A DNA stretch of 64,000 nucleotides from Bacteroidota bacterium (GCA_964204605.1 OZ123195.1:280076-344075), one strand, 5' to 3'. Counted from the first letter of the stretch, positions 1 through 9,975 are shown. Notes: a model not told the origin generated them from the sequence alone. Numbers and translations are program-made.

Positions 1-398
1 AAAGAAGTATCTGGTATGCCTGCCATGCTTAATCCATCAAAAGAAACATTTCCCTTATCATATTTATATATTAATAAAAGTTGTTTCTTTACATTTTTAT
101 CAATGCTTAACTGCATAGAAGTATGTGCGGAAGTCCTTGCTTTAAAATCAAACATATCACCTAGTGTTTGCGATACAGAGCTTTCTACGCTAAAATTATA
201 TGTATTTCCAGGATTTGGACAATATATCAAGGGTATAATATCTTCAGATAACAAGGATTCTTTTTTTTCAAGTACTTTTGGGTTAGATTGAGGTGCTTGA
301 GTTTTAAGTAATTTCTTTGATATTTGAGCTGTAGTATATGTACCATTATTAACAACTAATGATAATATGACAACTGAAATGAGAAAATATATATTCAT
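1..398 (-). CDS. 5'-partial CDS (N-terminus at 398, runs off the window start). Hypothetical secreted protein, N-term MNIYFLISVVILSLVVNNGTYTTAQ...
   Basis: Hand translation of the - strand from the ATG at 396-398 gives an uninterrupted reading frame to position 1. The N-terminus looks like a signal peptide. The ORF track omits it because it has no stop inside the window. The + strand ORF 16..291 is antisense to it. Confidence 0.45.
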   Translation of the reverse strand, partial: MNIYFLISVVILSLVVNNGTYTTAQISKKLLKTQAPQSNPKVLEKKESLLSEDIIPLIYCPNPGNTYNFSVESSVSQTLGDMFDFKARTSAHTSMQLSIDKNVKKQLLLIYKYDKGNVSFDGLSMAGIPDTS

Positions 399-587
399 GG
401 GATGCAAAAAAAATAATTTTATATTATTGAATGTATGAGACGTATTATACTTGATTACATTTCTTAATAAAAGAAAGTAGATAAATATTATACAAATTTA
501 CCTCTGTAATTGCAGATATCGAATTAAATTTGCTGATTCTCTTGAAAGAATATACTCTGAAATCAGAAATACAATAGGAATAATGTA

Positions 588-1721
588 ATGTTGCAAAGGC
601 TAAACTTTATTGATATACTAAGGGGATTGGCTTGTATTTGGATGATAGAAACACATGTAGTAAATGCATTCCTACCCGATGGATATAAAGATAATCTCAT
701 ATTTAATCTAATAGATATAAGCAATGGATTTGTTGCTGTTTGTTTTATTTTTTGTGCAGGAGCTGGCTTTAGGCTTGCTTTAGAATCAAAATTTAAAGAG
801 TACATAACAATGAGTGCTCCATTACTTAGTTATGTGAAACGTTTATTATTTATCCTTGCTATTGCATATTGGATTCAAACGCCAGAATTTTCTTTGCAAA
901 AAACACTTCAATCAAGTTCAGAAGAATTTTCAAAATTCTTTATGTGTAATGTATTGCAGCTAATTGTTGCTTCTTCATTACTTTCTCTAGCGCTTCTGAT
1001 AAGTACCAGATCATTTTTCAGATTTAGAATAGCATCATATCTAATACTTATTATTTTCTTTTGGTGTACCCCTTTTATATGGTCAATACCTCAAGATCAA
1101 TTAGGATGGATTCCACTATTTTTGAGAATGTATATTGTTACTCAACCAACCTCTTTATTCCCATTGTTCCCATGGGCTGGATATTATTTTGCGGGAATAA
1201 TAGTAACGGATTTGTTTTTGATTTCACAAGACAAAGATTCAATAATAAAAAAAATGATCATAGCTTCTTTGGGAATAACAGCATTTGCTTTTATCAGTAA
1301 AGAGTATCTATGGCAATATTATCCTAGTACACTTAATTGGTGGTATGTTTCACCCGTTCATGCTTTATTTAGAACTGCTGGAGTAATAATATTATTTTCT
1401 TTATTCTATATGTTTAAAGATTATTGTACGGGTAAGAAATCAGCTTTTATGCAATTACTTGGTAAAGAATCATTGGTAGTATATGTAGGGCAAGGGATGC
1501 TAATTTATGGATCTGTTGCTAGTAAAGGACTTCAGTATTTTCTCCCAATTATCGTAAGTCCATTAGAGGTATTATTGCTTACATCTGGAATTACTGCTTC
1601 TATGGGTGCATATGCAAATATGTGGAATCACTTTAAAAGGCATTCTCCAGAACAAGCTCAATGGGTTCTCTATGCATTCTGTACTTTATTTGTTATAGCT
1701 TTTATTATTATCCCAGTTTAA
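588..1721 (+). CDS. Polytopic membrane protein, DUF1624 / heparan-alpha-glucosaminide N-acetyltransferase-like acyltransferase family
   Basis: N-terminal motif FIDILRGLACIWMIETH is typical of the DUF1624/acyltransferase-3-like membrane family. Hydrophobic segments recur throughout. Confidence 0.45.
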   Translation: MLQRLNFIDILRGLACIWMIETHVVNAFLPDGYKDNLIFNLIDISNGFVAVCFIFCAGAGFRLALESKFKEYITMSAPLLSYVKRLLFILAIAYWIQTPEFSLQKTLQSSSEEFSKFFMCNVLQLIVASSLLSLALLISTRSFFRFRIASYLILIIFFWCTPFIWSIPQDQLGWIPLFLRMYIVTQPTSLFPLFPWAGYYFAGIIVTDLFLISQDKDSIIKKMIIASLGITAFAFISKEYLWQYYPSTLNWWYVSPVHALFRTAGVIILFSLFYMFKDYCTGKKSAFMQLLGKESLVVYVGQGMLIYGSVASKGLQYFLPIIVSPLEVLLLTSGITASMGAYANMWNHFKRHSPEQAQWVLYAFCTLFVIAFIIIPV

Positions 1722-2108
1722 ATGTTTCAAAATAAACAAACCGTGAGAAGAGTAAAATACAGAAAGATTGCAGTATAATGAAAGAAGATGAAGTGAGAAA
1801 AACATGTCTATTGATACATGGAATGCTAAACTTTTGATATGTAAAGAAAATAAAGATAAAAATTTATCATTAGACTATGTACATGAATACATGCTTAATG
1901 AATAATATGCAACATATTGATATATATAGACCTTAGGTGTATTATTAAGCACATTATATTAGATATTGAACAGTAATTATTCTAGGTATTTTAACTATTA
2001 ATATTGAGTAGTTAATAACAAAGATGAAAAACAGTTATTCAAACTAAGAAAAAACACTATTTTTGCGCATTCAATTATCACAGTAATCTAATTTTTTGGA
2101 ATAGTACC

Positions 2109-2798
2109 ATGACAAGTCAAGAATTTCTTGAAAAACTCGATGCTATTATAAATGATCGTCATTTGCTACAGCATCCTTTCTATCAAATGTGGAATACCGG
2201 TGATTTATCACTGCAGATGCTACGTGAATATGCTTTTGAATATTATCAACAAGTACATCATTTCCCAACATATGTAAGTGCAACACATTCAAAGTGTGAT
2301 GATATTGAGATTCGTCAAATGCTTTTAGAAAATCTAATTGAAGAAGAGCATGGGCCGAATAATCATCCAGAATTATGGCGTAGATTTGGTGATGCACTAG
2401 GTATTAGCCGCGAAGAAATGATGTCCCGTAAATATTTGCCGCATACAAAAAAATCTGTAGAAATATTAAAAGACTTAGCATCTAGGAATAATCCAGCAGA
2501 AGGTTTAGCAGCATTATATGCTTATGAATCACAAATTCCTGAAGTATGCACTACAAAAATTGAAGGTTTAAAGAATAAATATAATCTTGATAATGAAGAT
2601 GCATTAGTATTCTTTGAAGTTCACGAGCATGCTGATGAAATCCACAGAGAAGTTACAAGAGAAGCATTAGTTCGTTTATGTACAACTGATGAAAATAAGC
2701 ACATTGCCTTAGATGCCGCAAGAGAGGCTGCAGATGCATTAAATCTATTATTAGATGGTGTATATGAAACCTATTGTGTAGAGCGCATAGCAGCTTAA
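2109..2798 (+). CDS. CADD-family protein (heme-oxygenase-like di-iron oxidase; PqqC/TenA-like fold). Homolog of the Chlamydia CT610 'CADD' self-sacrificing p-aminobenzoate synthase family.
   Basis: Collinear matches to CT610 motifs along the whole length: FYxxWxxGxL, YAxxYYxxxxxFPxYxSAxHSxCDDxExRxxLLxNLxEExG, NHxxLWxxF, GVAALYxYESQIP, KIxGL, YFxxHExAD. Here these read HPFYQMWNTGDLS...YAFEYYQQVHHFPTYVSATHSKCDDIEIRQMLLENLIEEEHG...LAALYAYESQIP...FFEVHEHADEIH. Confidence 0.7.
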   Translation: MTSQEFLEKLDAIINDRHLLQHPFYQMWNTGDLSLQMLREYAFEYYQQVHHFPTYVSATHSKCDDIEIRQMLLENLIEEEHGPNNHPELWRRFGDALGISREEMMSRKYLPHTKKSVEILKDLASRNNPAEGLAALYAYESQIPEVCTTKIEGLKNKYNLDNEDALVFFEVHEHADEIHREVTREALVRLCTTDENKHIALDAAREAADALNLLLDGVYETYCVERIAA

Positions 2799-2807
2799 TG
2801 ATAGAAT

Positions 2808-2844
2808 AGAGAAAGATATCCGCTTTGGGAAAACTCGCAAAGCG
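2808..2844 (+). terminator. Rho-independent terminator after the CADD-family gene
   Basis: Perfect 10-bp stem ATCCGCTTTG / CAAAGCGGAT with a 10-nt loop, followed by TTTTTTT. Confidence 0.6.
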
Positions 2845-2979
2845 GATTTTTTTGTGATTTGGTTATTTGTGGATAACATTTACTGCTAAGAGCTATAATT
2901 GAGCTGAATGGAGTAGCATGGGCGTTGGTGAAGTGTCTTAGCTTTCGTATTTTAAGCATCTATTTACATTAAGTATATT

Positions 2980-3879
2980 ATGTGTCGTTTTGTTGCATAT
3001 ATCGGTACGCCAGTTTTGGCAAACGATCTTTTATATAAGCCTAAATACTCCTTGATTGCAGCTCAGAGCATGAATGCAGGCGAAATGAGTGTTCAGGTTA
3101 ATGGAGATGGTTTTGGTATTGGATGGTATGCACCTGATTTAGACAATGAGCCTTGTGTATTTAGAAGTATTAAACCCGCCTGGAGCGATCAAAATTTACG
3201 TCATTTAGCAAGAAAGATTTATTCTCCTGTCATTTTTGCTCATATTCGAGCAGCTTCCCAAGGGATGTCTGTTGAAGAGTATAATTCACATCCATTTTCA
3301 TATGGAAAATTAACATTCATGCATAATGGTGTTATAGGTGGATTTAAAGAAATTCGCAGAAAGCTTCTAAGAAGATTAAGAGATACAGCTTATGATGCAA
3401 TTTTAGGTTCTACGGATTCTGAGCATTTATTTGGATTATTTCTTAATCATATAGCAGATCCTATGGGTAATGTTACATGTGATGAGATGGTTGAAGCAAT
3501 TCAGAAAGCACTTTTTGATTTAAGTGAATTACTTATTGAATGTAATGTAAAACATCATTCTTATATCAATGTTTGCATAACAAATGGTGTCAGTTTAATT
3601 GCAGTTCGATACACAACAAATCAGAGTGTTCAGCCTGCATCATTATATTATATGTATGGCAAAGAATATCATTGCAGAGCAGAGCATTGTACTATGGAAC
3701 CAGATAATGGAAAGCCATCAGCAATTGTTATTGCATCCGAGCCATTCACATATAAAAGATCTGAATGGATGAAAGTAGAGAGAAATTCATTGTTTATCGT
3801 TGATGAGACAATGAAGCTGAGTTTTAAAAATGTAGACCTTCCAATAGAGCATGCATTATTTGAAAATCAGATATTATAA
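2980..3879 (+). CDS. Stand-alone class II (Ntn-hydrolase) glutamine amidotransferase, EgtC/YafJ-like
   Basis: The Met is followed directly by a catalytic Cys (MCRFVAYIG), as in class II GATases where Cys1 becomes the nucleophile after Met removal. Conserved PFSYGKLTFMHNGVIGGF and HIRAASQG blocks resemble EgtC and YafJ. No fused synthase domain is present. Confidence 0.6.
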   Translation: MCRFVAYIGTPVLANDLLYKPKYSLIAAQSMNAGEMSVQVNGDGFGIGWYAPDLDNEPCVFRSIKPAWSDQNLRHLARKIYSPVIFAHIRAASQGMSVEEYNSHPFSYGKLTFMHNGVIGGFKEIRRKLLRRLRDTAYDAILGSTDSEHLFGLFLNHIADPMGNVTCDEMVEAIQKALFDLSELLIECNVKHHSYINVCITNGVSLIAVRYTTNQSVQPASLYYMYGKEYHCRAEHCTMEPDNGKPSAIVIASEPFTYKRSEWMKVERNSLFIVDETMKLSFKNVDLPIEHALFENQIL

Positions 3880-3930
3880 TGTATTACAATATTATGCTGA
3901 ATTAACTTTTTACAGTAAGCGAATACGCAT

Positions 3931-5895
3931 ATGGTTGAATTGATTTACTTAGTACCACTTTTGCCTTTAATTGGTTTTTTAATTATTGGCTTTTTTGGAA
4001 AAAAACTCAACAATGAAAAACTTGTTGGTGCAATTGCTAGTATTGCTGTTGGCGGTGCTTTTTTGGTTGCACTTGGCGCTTTTTTACAATTAACTGGTGA
4101 ATCTTCCGAAGCAAGAACCGAGCATATTGTCCGATTATTTACTTGGATTCAAGCAGGTTCTTTTCATATTGATATAGCATATCAAGTAGACCAACTATCA
4201 ATACTGTATACCTTGATTATCACTGGTATTGGCACTTTGATACACATTTATTCAATTGGATACATGCATGGAGATAAGAGCTTTCCACGTTTTTTTGCTT
4301 ATCTGAATTTATTTGTATTCATGATGTTAAACCTTGTACTAGCCAATAACTTTGTTCTTACTTTTCTTGGCTGGGAAGGTGTAGGATTATGTTCATATCT
4401 TCTTATTGGATTTTGGTATGACAGAAAATTCGAAGGTTCTCATATAGTTTGGACAGGTGATGCAGCAAAAAAGGCATTTATTGTTAATCGAATTGGTGAT
4501 TTTGGAGTATTGATTGCAATGTGCCTGATCTATATGCGATTTGGTTCTCTGGAATATACAACAGTGAATATGGCTGCAGCCTCTGGAGGAATTGATGCAG
4601 GATTAATTACTGCAATTACTTTGCTTTTATTTCTAGGTTGTACAGGTAAATCTGCGCAAATTCCCCTGGGTATCTGGTTGCCTGATGCGATGGCAGGTCC
4701 AACACCAGTATCTGCTTTGATCCATGCTGCAACTATGGTAACAGCCGGTATATTCCTTATAGCTCGTAACTCAACATTATTTGCTTTATCTGATACAACA
4801 ATGGCAATTATTACAGGTGTTGGTATTACAACAGCCTTAATAGCCGCTACAATTGGTATAGTTCAAAATGATATCAAAAAAGTATTAGCATATTCTACAG
4901 TAAGCCAACTAGGCTTTATGTTTATGGCTTTAGGAGTTGGAGCCTATACAGCTGCTGTGTTTCATGTGATGACTCATGCCTTTTTTAAAGCATTATTATT
5001 CCTAGGATCTGGATCTGTTATACACGGAATGCATGCTGAACAAGACATACAAAAAATGGGTGGATTAAAGAAGTATATGCCTCAGACCTATATCACATTC
5101 TTATTAGGAACCATTGCAATTTCAGGGATTTTCCCATTTTCAGGTTTCTTCTCTAAAGATGAAATTTTATGGAATGCATATGCAAATGGAAGTCCAATAT
5201 TATGGGGTGCCGGTGTTTTAGCTGCATTTTGTACAGCATTTTATATGTTCAGACTATTATATCTAACATTTTACGGAGAGGAAAGATTTGACCATCATCA
5301 TGTTCATCCTCATGAATCTCCGTTGACAATGACATTGCCCTTATGGATTTTAGCTATTCTGTCTGTTTTTGGTGGCTTATTAGGAATACCTAAAGCATTA
5401 TCAGGTGGTGTCGATATCAATATTCTTGAACATTGGTTAGAGCCAATCTTTGCAAATGCCAATAGCATTTTAGCTAGCCATCATAGTGATGCTCATCATC
5501 ATTCATTGGCCTTAGAATGGGGTTTAATGGCAGCATCATTAGCTATCGCTATAATTGGAATACTATATGCAGCATCTTTGTATAAAAAATCTTCAAGTAA
5601 ACCAGCTGAAATGGCAGCAAAGAATAAAGGAATCTATAATATTCTTTGGAATAAATATTTTGTTGATGAGATCTATCACAATGTATTCGTAGCTCCGATG
5701 TATAAGATATCTTTAGATTTTCTTTGGAAGATAGTAGATGTGCAAATAATAGATGGTATCGTAAATGGCAGTGCTAGAGCAATTGCAGTAAGCGCAGAAA
5801 ATCTCAGAAAGATTCAATCTGGTATTGCTCAAAACTATGCTTTAATGATGTTATTTGGCATTGTTGCTATTATTGCTTGGATGGTATTTGCATAA
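3931..5895 (+). CDS. nuoL: NADH-quinone oxidoreductase subunit L (antiporter-like subunit with long C-terminal amphipathic helix region)
   Basis: 654 aa. N-terminus LIYLVPLLPLIGFLIIGFFGKKL and core motifs WLPDAMAGPTPVSALIHAATMVTAGIFL and AYSTVSQLGFMFMALGVGAY are typical of NuoL/ND5. Confidence 0.85.
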   Translation: MVELIYLVPLLPLIGFLIIGFFGKKLNNEKLVGAIASIAVGGAFLVALGAFLQLTGESSEARTEHIVRLFTWIQAGSFHIDIAYQVDQLSILYTLIITGIGTLIHIYSIGYMHGDKSFPRFFAYLNLFVFMMLNLVLANNFVLTFLGWEGVGLCSYLLIGFWYDRKFEGSHIVWTGDAAKKAFIVNRIGDFGVLIAMCLIYMRFGSLEYTTVNMAAASGGIDAGLITAITLLLFLGCTGKSAQIPLGIWLPDAMAGPTPVSALIHAATMVTAGIFLIARNSTLFALSDTTMAIITGVGITTALIAATIGIVQNDIKKVLAYSTVSQLGFMFMALGVGAYTAAVFHVMTHAFFKALLFLGSGSVIHGMHAEQDIQKMGGLKKYMPQTYITFLLGTIAISGIFPFSGFFSKDEILWNAYANGSPILWGAGVLAAFCTAFYMFRLLYLTFYGEERFDHHHVHPHESPLTMTLPLWILAILSVFGGLLGIPKALSGGVDINILEHWLEPIFANANSILASHHSDAHHHSLALEWGLMAASLAIAIIGILYAASLYKKSSSKPAEMAAKNKGIYNILWNKYFVDEIYHNVFVAPMYKISLDFLWKIVDVQIIDGIVNGSARAIAVSAENLRKIQSGIAQNYALMMLFGIVAIIAWMVFA

Positions 5896-5921
5896 GACAT
5901 TTCAACATAAGACATTTAAAT

Positions 5922-6497
5922 ATGAATAATACACATCCGAATAATCAAGATATCGTGCAATCGATGAATGAATCATCATTATCAGTATTAGTATATTCAC
6001 TTACGATAGTAGTGGTATTATTAGTATCATTTATGCTCTACTTTCCACAGGCATTAGCAATTGGATCATTAGATGTTTCTAGTTTGCCAAAGCTTAATGC
6101 ATTCCTGAATGGATCTTGTAGTGTATTATTAATGCTTGGTGTTTATTTTATTAAGAATAAAAAAAGACAAGCACATAAGACAGTAATGCTCAGTGCATTT
6201 ACATTATCAGTGTTGTTCTTATTGTCTTATGTATTATATCATTCACAAGCACCGGCTACGCATTATGGTGGTGAAGGTATAATCAAGATAATATACTTTT
6301 TCATATTGATAACACATATAATATTGGCTGCTTGTATAGTTCCTTTAGCTTTATTTACATTGCTCCGGGCATGGAGAAGCGAGTTTGTAAGGCATAAGGC
6401 AATTGCAAAGTGGACATTTCCCATATGGTTATATGTAACGATAACAGGCGTAATCGTATATCTTATGATTTCGCCATATTATCAAGTTAAGCCTTAA
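5922..6497 (+). CDS. DUF420 family membrane protein (family usually found near heme-copper oxidase/SCO genes)
   Basis: Four predicted TM helices and the C-terminal motif HKAIAKWTFPIWLYVTITGVIVY, which resembles the DUF420 signature. The ORF-track start at 5877 overlaps the nuoL stop. The internal ATG at 5922 (MNNTHPNN) is preferred. Confidence 0.5.
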   Translation: MNNTHPNNQDIVQSMNESSLSVLVYSLTIVVVLLVSFMLYFPQALAIGSLDVSSLPKLNAFLNGSCSVLLMLGVYFIKNKKRQAHKTVMLSAFTLSVLFLLSYVLYHSQAPATHYGGEGIIKIIYFFILITHIILAACIVPLALFTLLRAWRSEFVRHKAIAKWTFPIWLYVTITGVIVYLMISPYYQVKP

Positions 6498-6602
6498 GCA
6501 TAGTAATATGCATATATAATTTAGAGTAAAAGCCGCAAGGCATTTTGATATCATTTGTCAGTTCCTAAGCGTGACACAATGCCACATACCGAATCAGCTG
6601 GA

Positions 6603-8180
6603 ATGTTATTATTAACATTACTATTACCATTATTTGGATTTATAGCCGTGCTATTTATAGATAAAGCACAAGAAAAGGCTATACGTTTTACAACAATGAT
6701 GATATCCTTGCTAACCTTTGGGTTTTCACTTCCCTTATGGTTTTCTTTCAATAGTTCTATTGATGGATTTCAGTTCTACACAAATATTCCTTGGATATCT
6801 TCTACGGATTCAGGGTTTAGAATTGGCATTGATGGGATGTCCTTATTATTAGTATTGCTAACAACATTCATTATGCCAATAGCATTGCTTTCATCCTTTG
6901 AACCAATTAAGAAAAGAGTAAAAGAATATTATGCAATGATGCTTCTTCTAGAATTGGGGATGCTGGGTGTTTTTATATCATTAGATACGATGGTATTTTA
7001 TGTTTTTTGGGAATTAATCTTAATACCCATGTATTTCTTAATCGGAATATGGGGTGGCAAAGATAGAATCTATGCAGCTGTTAAGTTCTTCCTCTATACT
7101 TTAGTTGGCTCATTGTTAATGCTATTAGCTATTGTATGGTTGGGATTATATGCAAAAGGTTTACCGGGTGGGCATTTTACAACAGACTTCTTAGTATTAA
7201 GAGAAATTGCCCCTTCGATCCCAATGGATATCCAAATATGGCTATTCTTGGCATTTGCACTTTCATTTTGTATAAAAGTGCCATTAATGCCATTCCATAC
7301 ATGGTTGCCTGATGCCCATGTGCAAGCACCAACAGCTGGATCTGTTATACTTGCCGGTGTACTTCTTAAGATGGGTACATATGGATTAATACGATTTAAT
7401 GTAGAATTGTTCCCAATGGCCATGCATCAATTTGCCGTCCCAATTGCTTGGTTATCAGTTGCGGGAATTATTTATGGTGCATTAGTAGCTATGGTTCAAA
7501 CTGATATTAAGAAACTTGTTGCATATTCTTCGGTGAGTCATCTAGGTTTTGTGGTTTTGGGTATTGCATCTATGACACCAGAGGGACTTCAAGGAGCAAT
7601 AATACAAATGGTTAATCATGGATTATCCACAGGTATGTTGTTTTTATGTGTTGGTGCATTATATGAAAGACGCCATACCAGAGAAATATCTGAATTTGGT
7701 GGAATAACCAAAGTAATGCCAAAATTTGCTGTCTTTTTTGTCATTGCAATACTTGCCTCAGTTGGATTACCAGGCCTTAATGGTTTTATTGGTGAATTTC
7801 TAACATTATTTGGAGCATTCCAATCTCCATTTTTGAATAATCCATGGTTTAGCATTTTAAGTTCTACAGGAGTAATTTTTTCTGCTGTGTATTTATTGTG
7901 GATGTTCCAAAGAGTAATGTTTGGAACAAATGATAATCCATCCAATCATTCATTGAAAGATTTGCATAGAAGTGAATATTGGCAATTAGTACCAATGGTC
8001 ATATTTATCGTTTGGATTGGTATATATCCATCTACCTTTATGTCCAAATCTGAACTGTATGTTCAAACATTAATTGGTAAAGTTGAAAAAAAGGTATTTG
8101 GAACAACAAAATATCCTTTAATAAAAGCAGCAACATCTGTAGAATCCGGAACTTCGCATGAAGTTCATGGCGGACATTAA
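6603..8180 (+). CDS. nuoM: NADH-quinone oxidoreductase subunit M
   Basis: Antiporter-like subunit motifs WLPDAHVQAPTAGSVILAGVLLKMGTYG and AYSSVSHLGFVVLGI. The track ORF starts at 6555, but the NuoM-like N-terminus MLLLTLLLPLFG begins at 6603. Start is ambiguous (6555, 6579 or 6603). Confidence 0.8.
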   Translation: MLLLTLLLPLFGFIAVLFIDKAQEKAIRFTTMMISLLTFGFSLPLWFSFNSSIDGFQFYTNIPWISSTDSGFRIGIDGMSLLLVLLTTFIMPIALLSSFEPIKKRVKEYYAMMLLLELGMLGVFISLDTMVFYVFWELILIPMYFLIGIWGGKDRIYAAVKFFLYTLVGSLLMLLAIVWLGLYAKGLPGGHFTTDFLVLREIAPSIPMDIQIWLFLAFALSFCIKVPLMPFHTWLPDAHVQAPTAGSVILAGVLLKMGTYGLIRFNVELFPMAMHQFAVPIAWLSVAGIIYGALVAMVQTDIKKLVAYSSVSHLGFVVLGIASMTPEGLQGAIIQMVNHGLSTGMLFLCVGALYERRHTREISEFGGITKVMPKFAVFFVIAILASVGLPGLNGFIGEFLTLFGAFQSPFLNNPWFSILSSTGVIFSAVYLLWMFQRVMFGTNDNPSNHSLKDLHRSEYWQLVPMVIFIVWIGIYPSTFMSKSELYVQTLIGKVEKKVFGTTKYPLIKAATSVESGTSHEVHGGH

Positions 8181-8208
8181 TAATGAATTTCAGTGAAGGA
8201 TACATCTA

Positions 8209-8469
8209 ATGGCTAATCTATTAAGAAAAATCTTCGAAAAACCTTATGACTGGAAAAAAAACGGTCATGATATCACAAATCAATGGAAATCTCTTAAAGT
8301 TGGTGATACTGTTGAATTTGCTATGACGGTTACCGAAGATATAGTATATACAATAGAACATATCTATGCCGATTCAGCAGAAGCTTCTATTAGAGTACAA
8401 TCTAAAGATGGAAGTGCCGCCCAGGCATATCGCGTTGGTTTGGTAATGTTACGACCATGTTCAAAATAA
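8209..8469 (+). CDS. Hypothetical 86-aa soluble protein between nuoM and nuoN
   Basis: Complete ORF with AAGGA 11 nt upstream of the ATG, tightly packed between nuoM (end 8180) and nuoN (start 8507). No recognisable family. Confidence 0.35.
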   Translation: MANLLRKIFEKPYDWKKNGHDITNQWKSLKVGDTVEFAMTVTEDIVYTIEHIYADSAEASIRVQSKDGSAAQAYRVGLVMLRPCSK

Positions 8470-8506
8470 GACCAGAAAACAAAAGAGAATTTAATCAAGG
8501 AATATA

Positions 8507-9943
8507 TTGATGGTACAAGATTTACTTTTTACAGCACCCTTTACCTTTTTATCTGTCATGGCAATTATTGCTATGGTATTGGATGCTTTAATTGTTAACA
8601 GTTCCAGAATTACATTTATTTTTAGTGCTATTACACTTCTTATTAGTGGTATCCTTGGTATATCAACTTTTGGACTACATGGCATTGGATTTAATGGAAT
8701 GGTTACAGGCGGTGGGTTTGCTGCATATTTTGATATTCTTTTTTCTATTGGCGGATTATTAACAATACTTACTTCAAGACAATATTTGCAAAGAGAAAAT
8801 ATAGAGCATGATGAATTTTATTCATTAGTCTTATTTGCAGTTGCTGGAATGATGCTAATTGCACATTCAAATCATTTATTAATCCTATTTATAGGCATTG
8901 AAGTGATGTCGGTTTCATTCTATATCCTTTCAGGATATATGCGCAATAATGCAAAATCTGTAGAATCTTCATTGAAATACTTTCTTTTAGGAGCATTTGC
9001 AACAGGGTTTTTGGTGTATGGAATAGCATTAATTTATGGCTCTACTGGAAGTATGGATTATAATCAAATAGCATTAAATATCAATAATAATGCACTTAAT
9101 TTTCCAGCTTTATTGCCTGTTGGTGTAGCTTTAATAGTTATTGGCCTTAGTTTCAAGGCGGCGGCATTCCCATTCCATCAATGGGCTCCTGATGTATATC
9201 AAGGTGCGCCAACTATTGTTACAGCTTTTATGAGTACAGCAGGTAAAGCAGCTGCTTTTGCTGCATTTATTCCTATTGTTACTGTTTTAATGCCATCAGC
9301 CCCAGTGAAATTACAAATGATCTTTGCTGTGATGTCTGCAGCAACAATGTTGATTGGTAATATCAGTGCATTAGCTCAAACTAATATCAAAAGAATGCTT
9401 GCATTTTCATCTGTTGCACATGCTGGCTATATTATGATGGGCCTTGTGTCTGGATCGCAATATGGTTATAGTGGCATAGTATTCTACTTAACTGCGTATA
9501 TGTTTATGCAAATAGGTTCTTTTATTATAGTTGCGATACTAGAAAGAAATGGCGAAAAATATTTAGAATTATCTGATTATGCTGGACTAAGCAAAAGGCA
9601 TCCAGTATTAGCGGCATTTATGACAATATTTATGTTTTCATTAGCTGGAATACCTCCATTTGCTGGATTCTTTGGCAAATATTTCTTGTTTACTGCTGCA
9701 ATTGATGCTGGATTTTTATGGCTTACATTAGTTGGTGTTTTATCTTCAATAATCTCAGTCTATTTTTATATTGGACTCATCGTCAAAATGTATTTTACAG
9801 AACCTGAAGGCCAAAGAGAAGATAATGAAGTTGGAATGTCTGGTCTATCACTTATCATAACAATTGCTGGAGTAATTGTACTTGGTATTTTACCTTCTGG
9901 CATTTTATCGATTGCCTCCAATTTGTTTAATAGTACACATTAA
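8507..9943 (+). CDS. nuoN: NADH-quinone oxidoreductase subunit N
   Basis: 478 aa. Motifs FHQWAPDVYQGAPTIVTAFMSTAGKAAAF and AFSSVAHAGYIMMGL are typical of NuoN/ND2. Confidence 0.8.
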   Translation: MMVQDLLFTAPFTFLSVMAIIAMVLDALIVNSSRITFIFSAITLLISGILGISTFGLHGIGFNGMVTGGGFAAYFDILFSIGGLLTILTSRQYLQRENIEHDEFYSLVLFAVAGMMLIAHSNHLLILFIGIEVMSVSFYILSGYMRNNAKSVESSLKYFLLGAFATGFLVYGIALIYGSTGSMDYNQIALNINNNALNFPALLPVGVALIVIGLSFKAAAFPFHQWAPDVYQGAPTIVTAFMSTAGKAAAFAAFIPIVTVLMPSAPVKLQMIFAVMSAATMLIGNISALAQTNIKRMLAFSSVAHAGYIMMGLVSGSQYGYSGIVFYLTAYMFMQIGSFIIVAILERNGEKYLELSDYAGLSKRHPVLAAFMTIFMFSLAGIPPFAGFFGKYFLFTAAIDAGFLWLTLVGVLSSIISVYFYIGLIVKMYFTEPEGQREDNEVGMSGLSLIITIAGVIVLGILPSGILSIASNLFNSTH

Positions 9944-9975
9944 TTTATTATCTATATTTTCTCGACCATAATAAT

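Noticed and set aside
16-291. 91-aa + strand ORF at the window start
   Set aside because: It is antisense to a longer uninterrupted minus-strand reading frame (398 to 1) that starts with a good signal peptide. The + ORF has no recognisable motifs and is probably spurious.
7094-7945. Two 109-aa minus-strand ORFs inside nuoM
   Set aside because: They are fully antisense to a strongly supported NuoM coding sequence. This is a typical shadow ORF.
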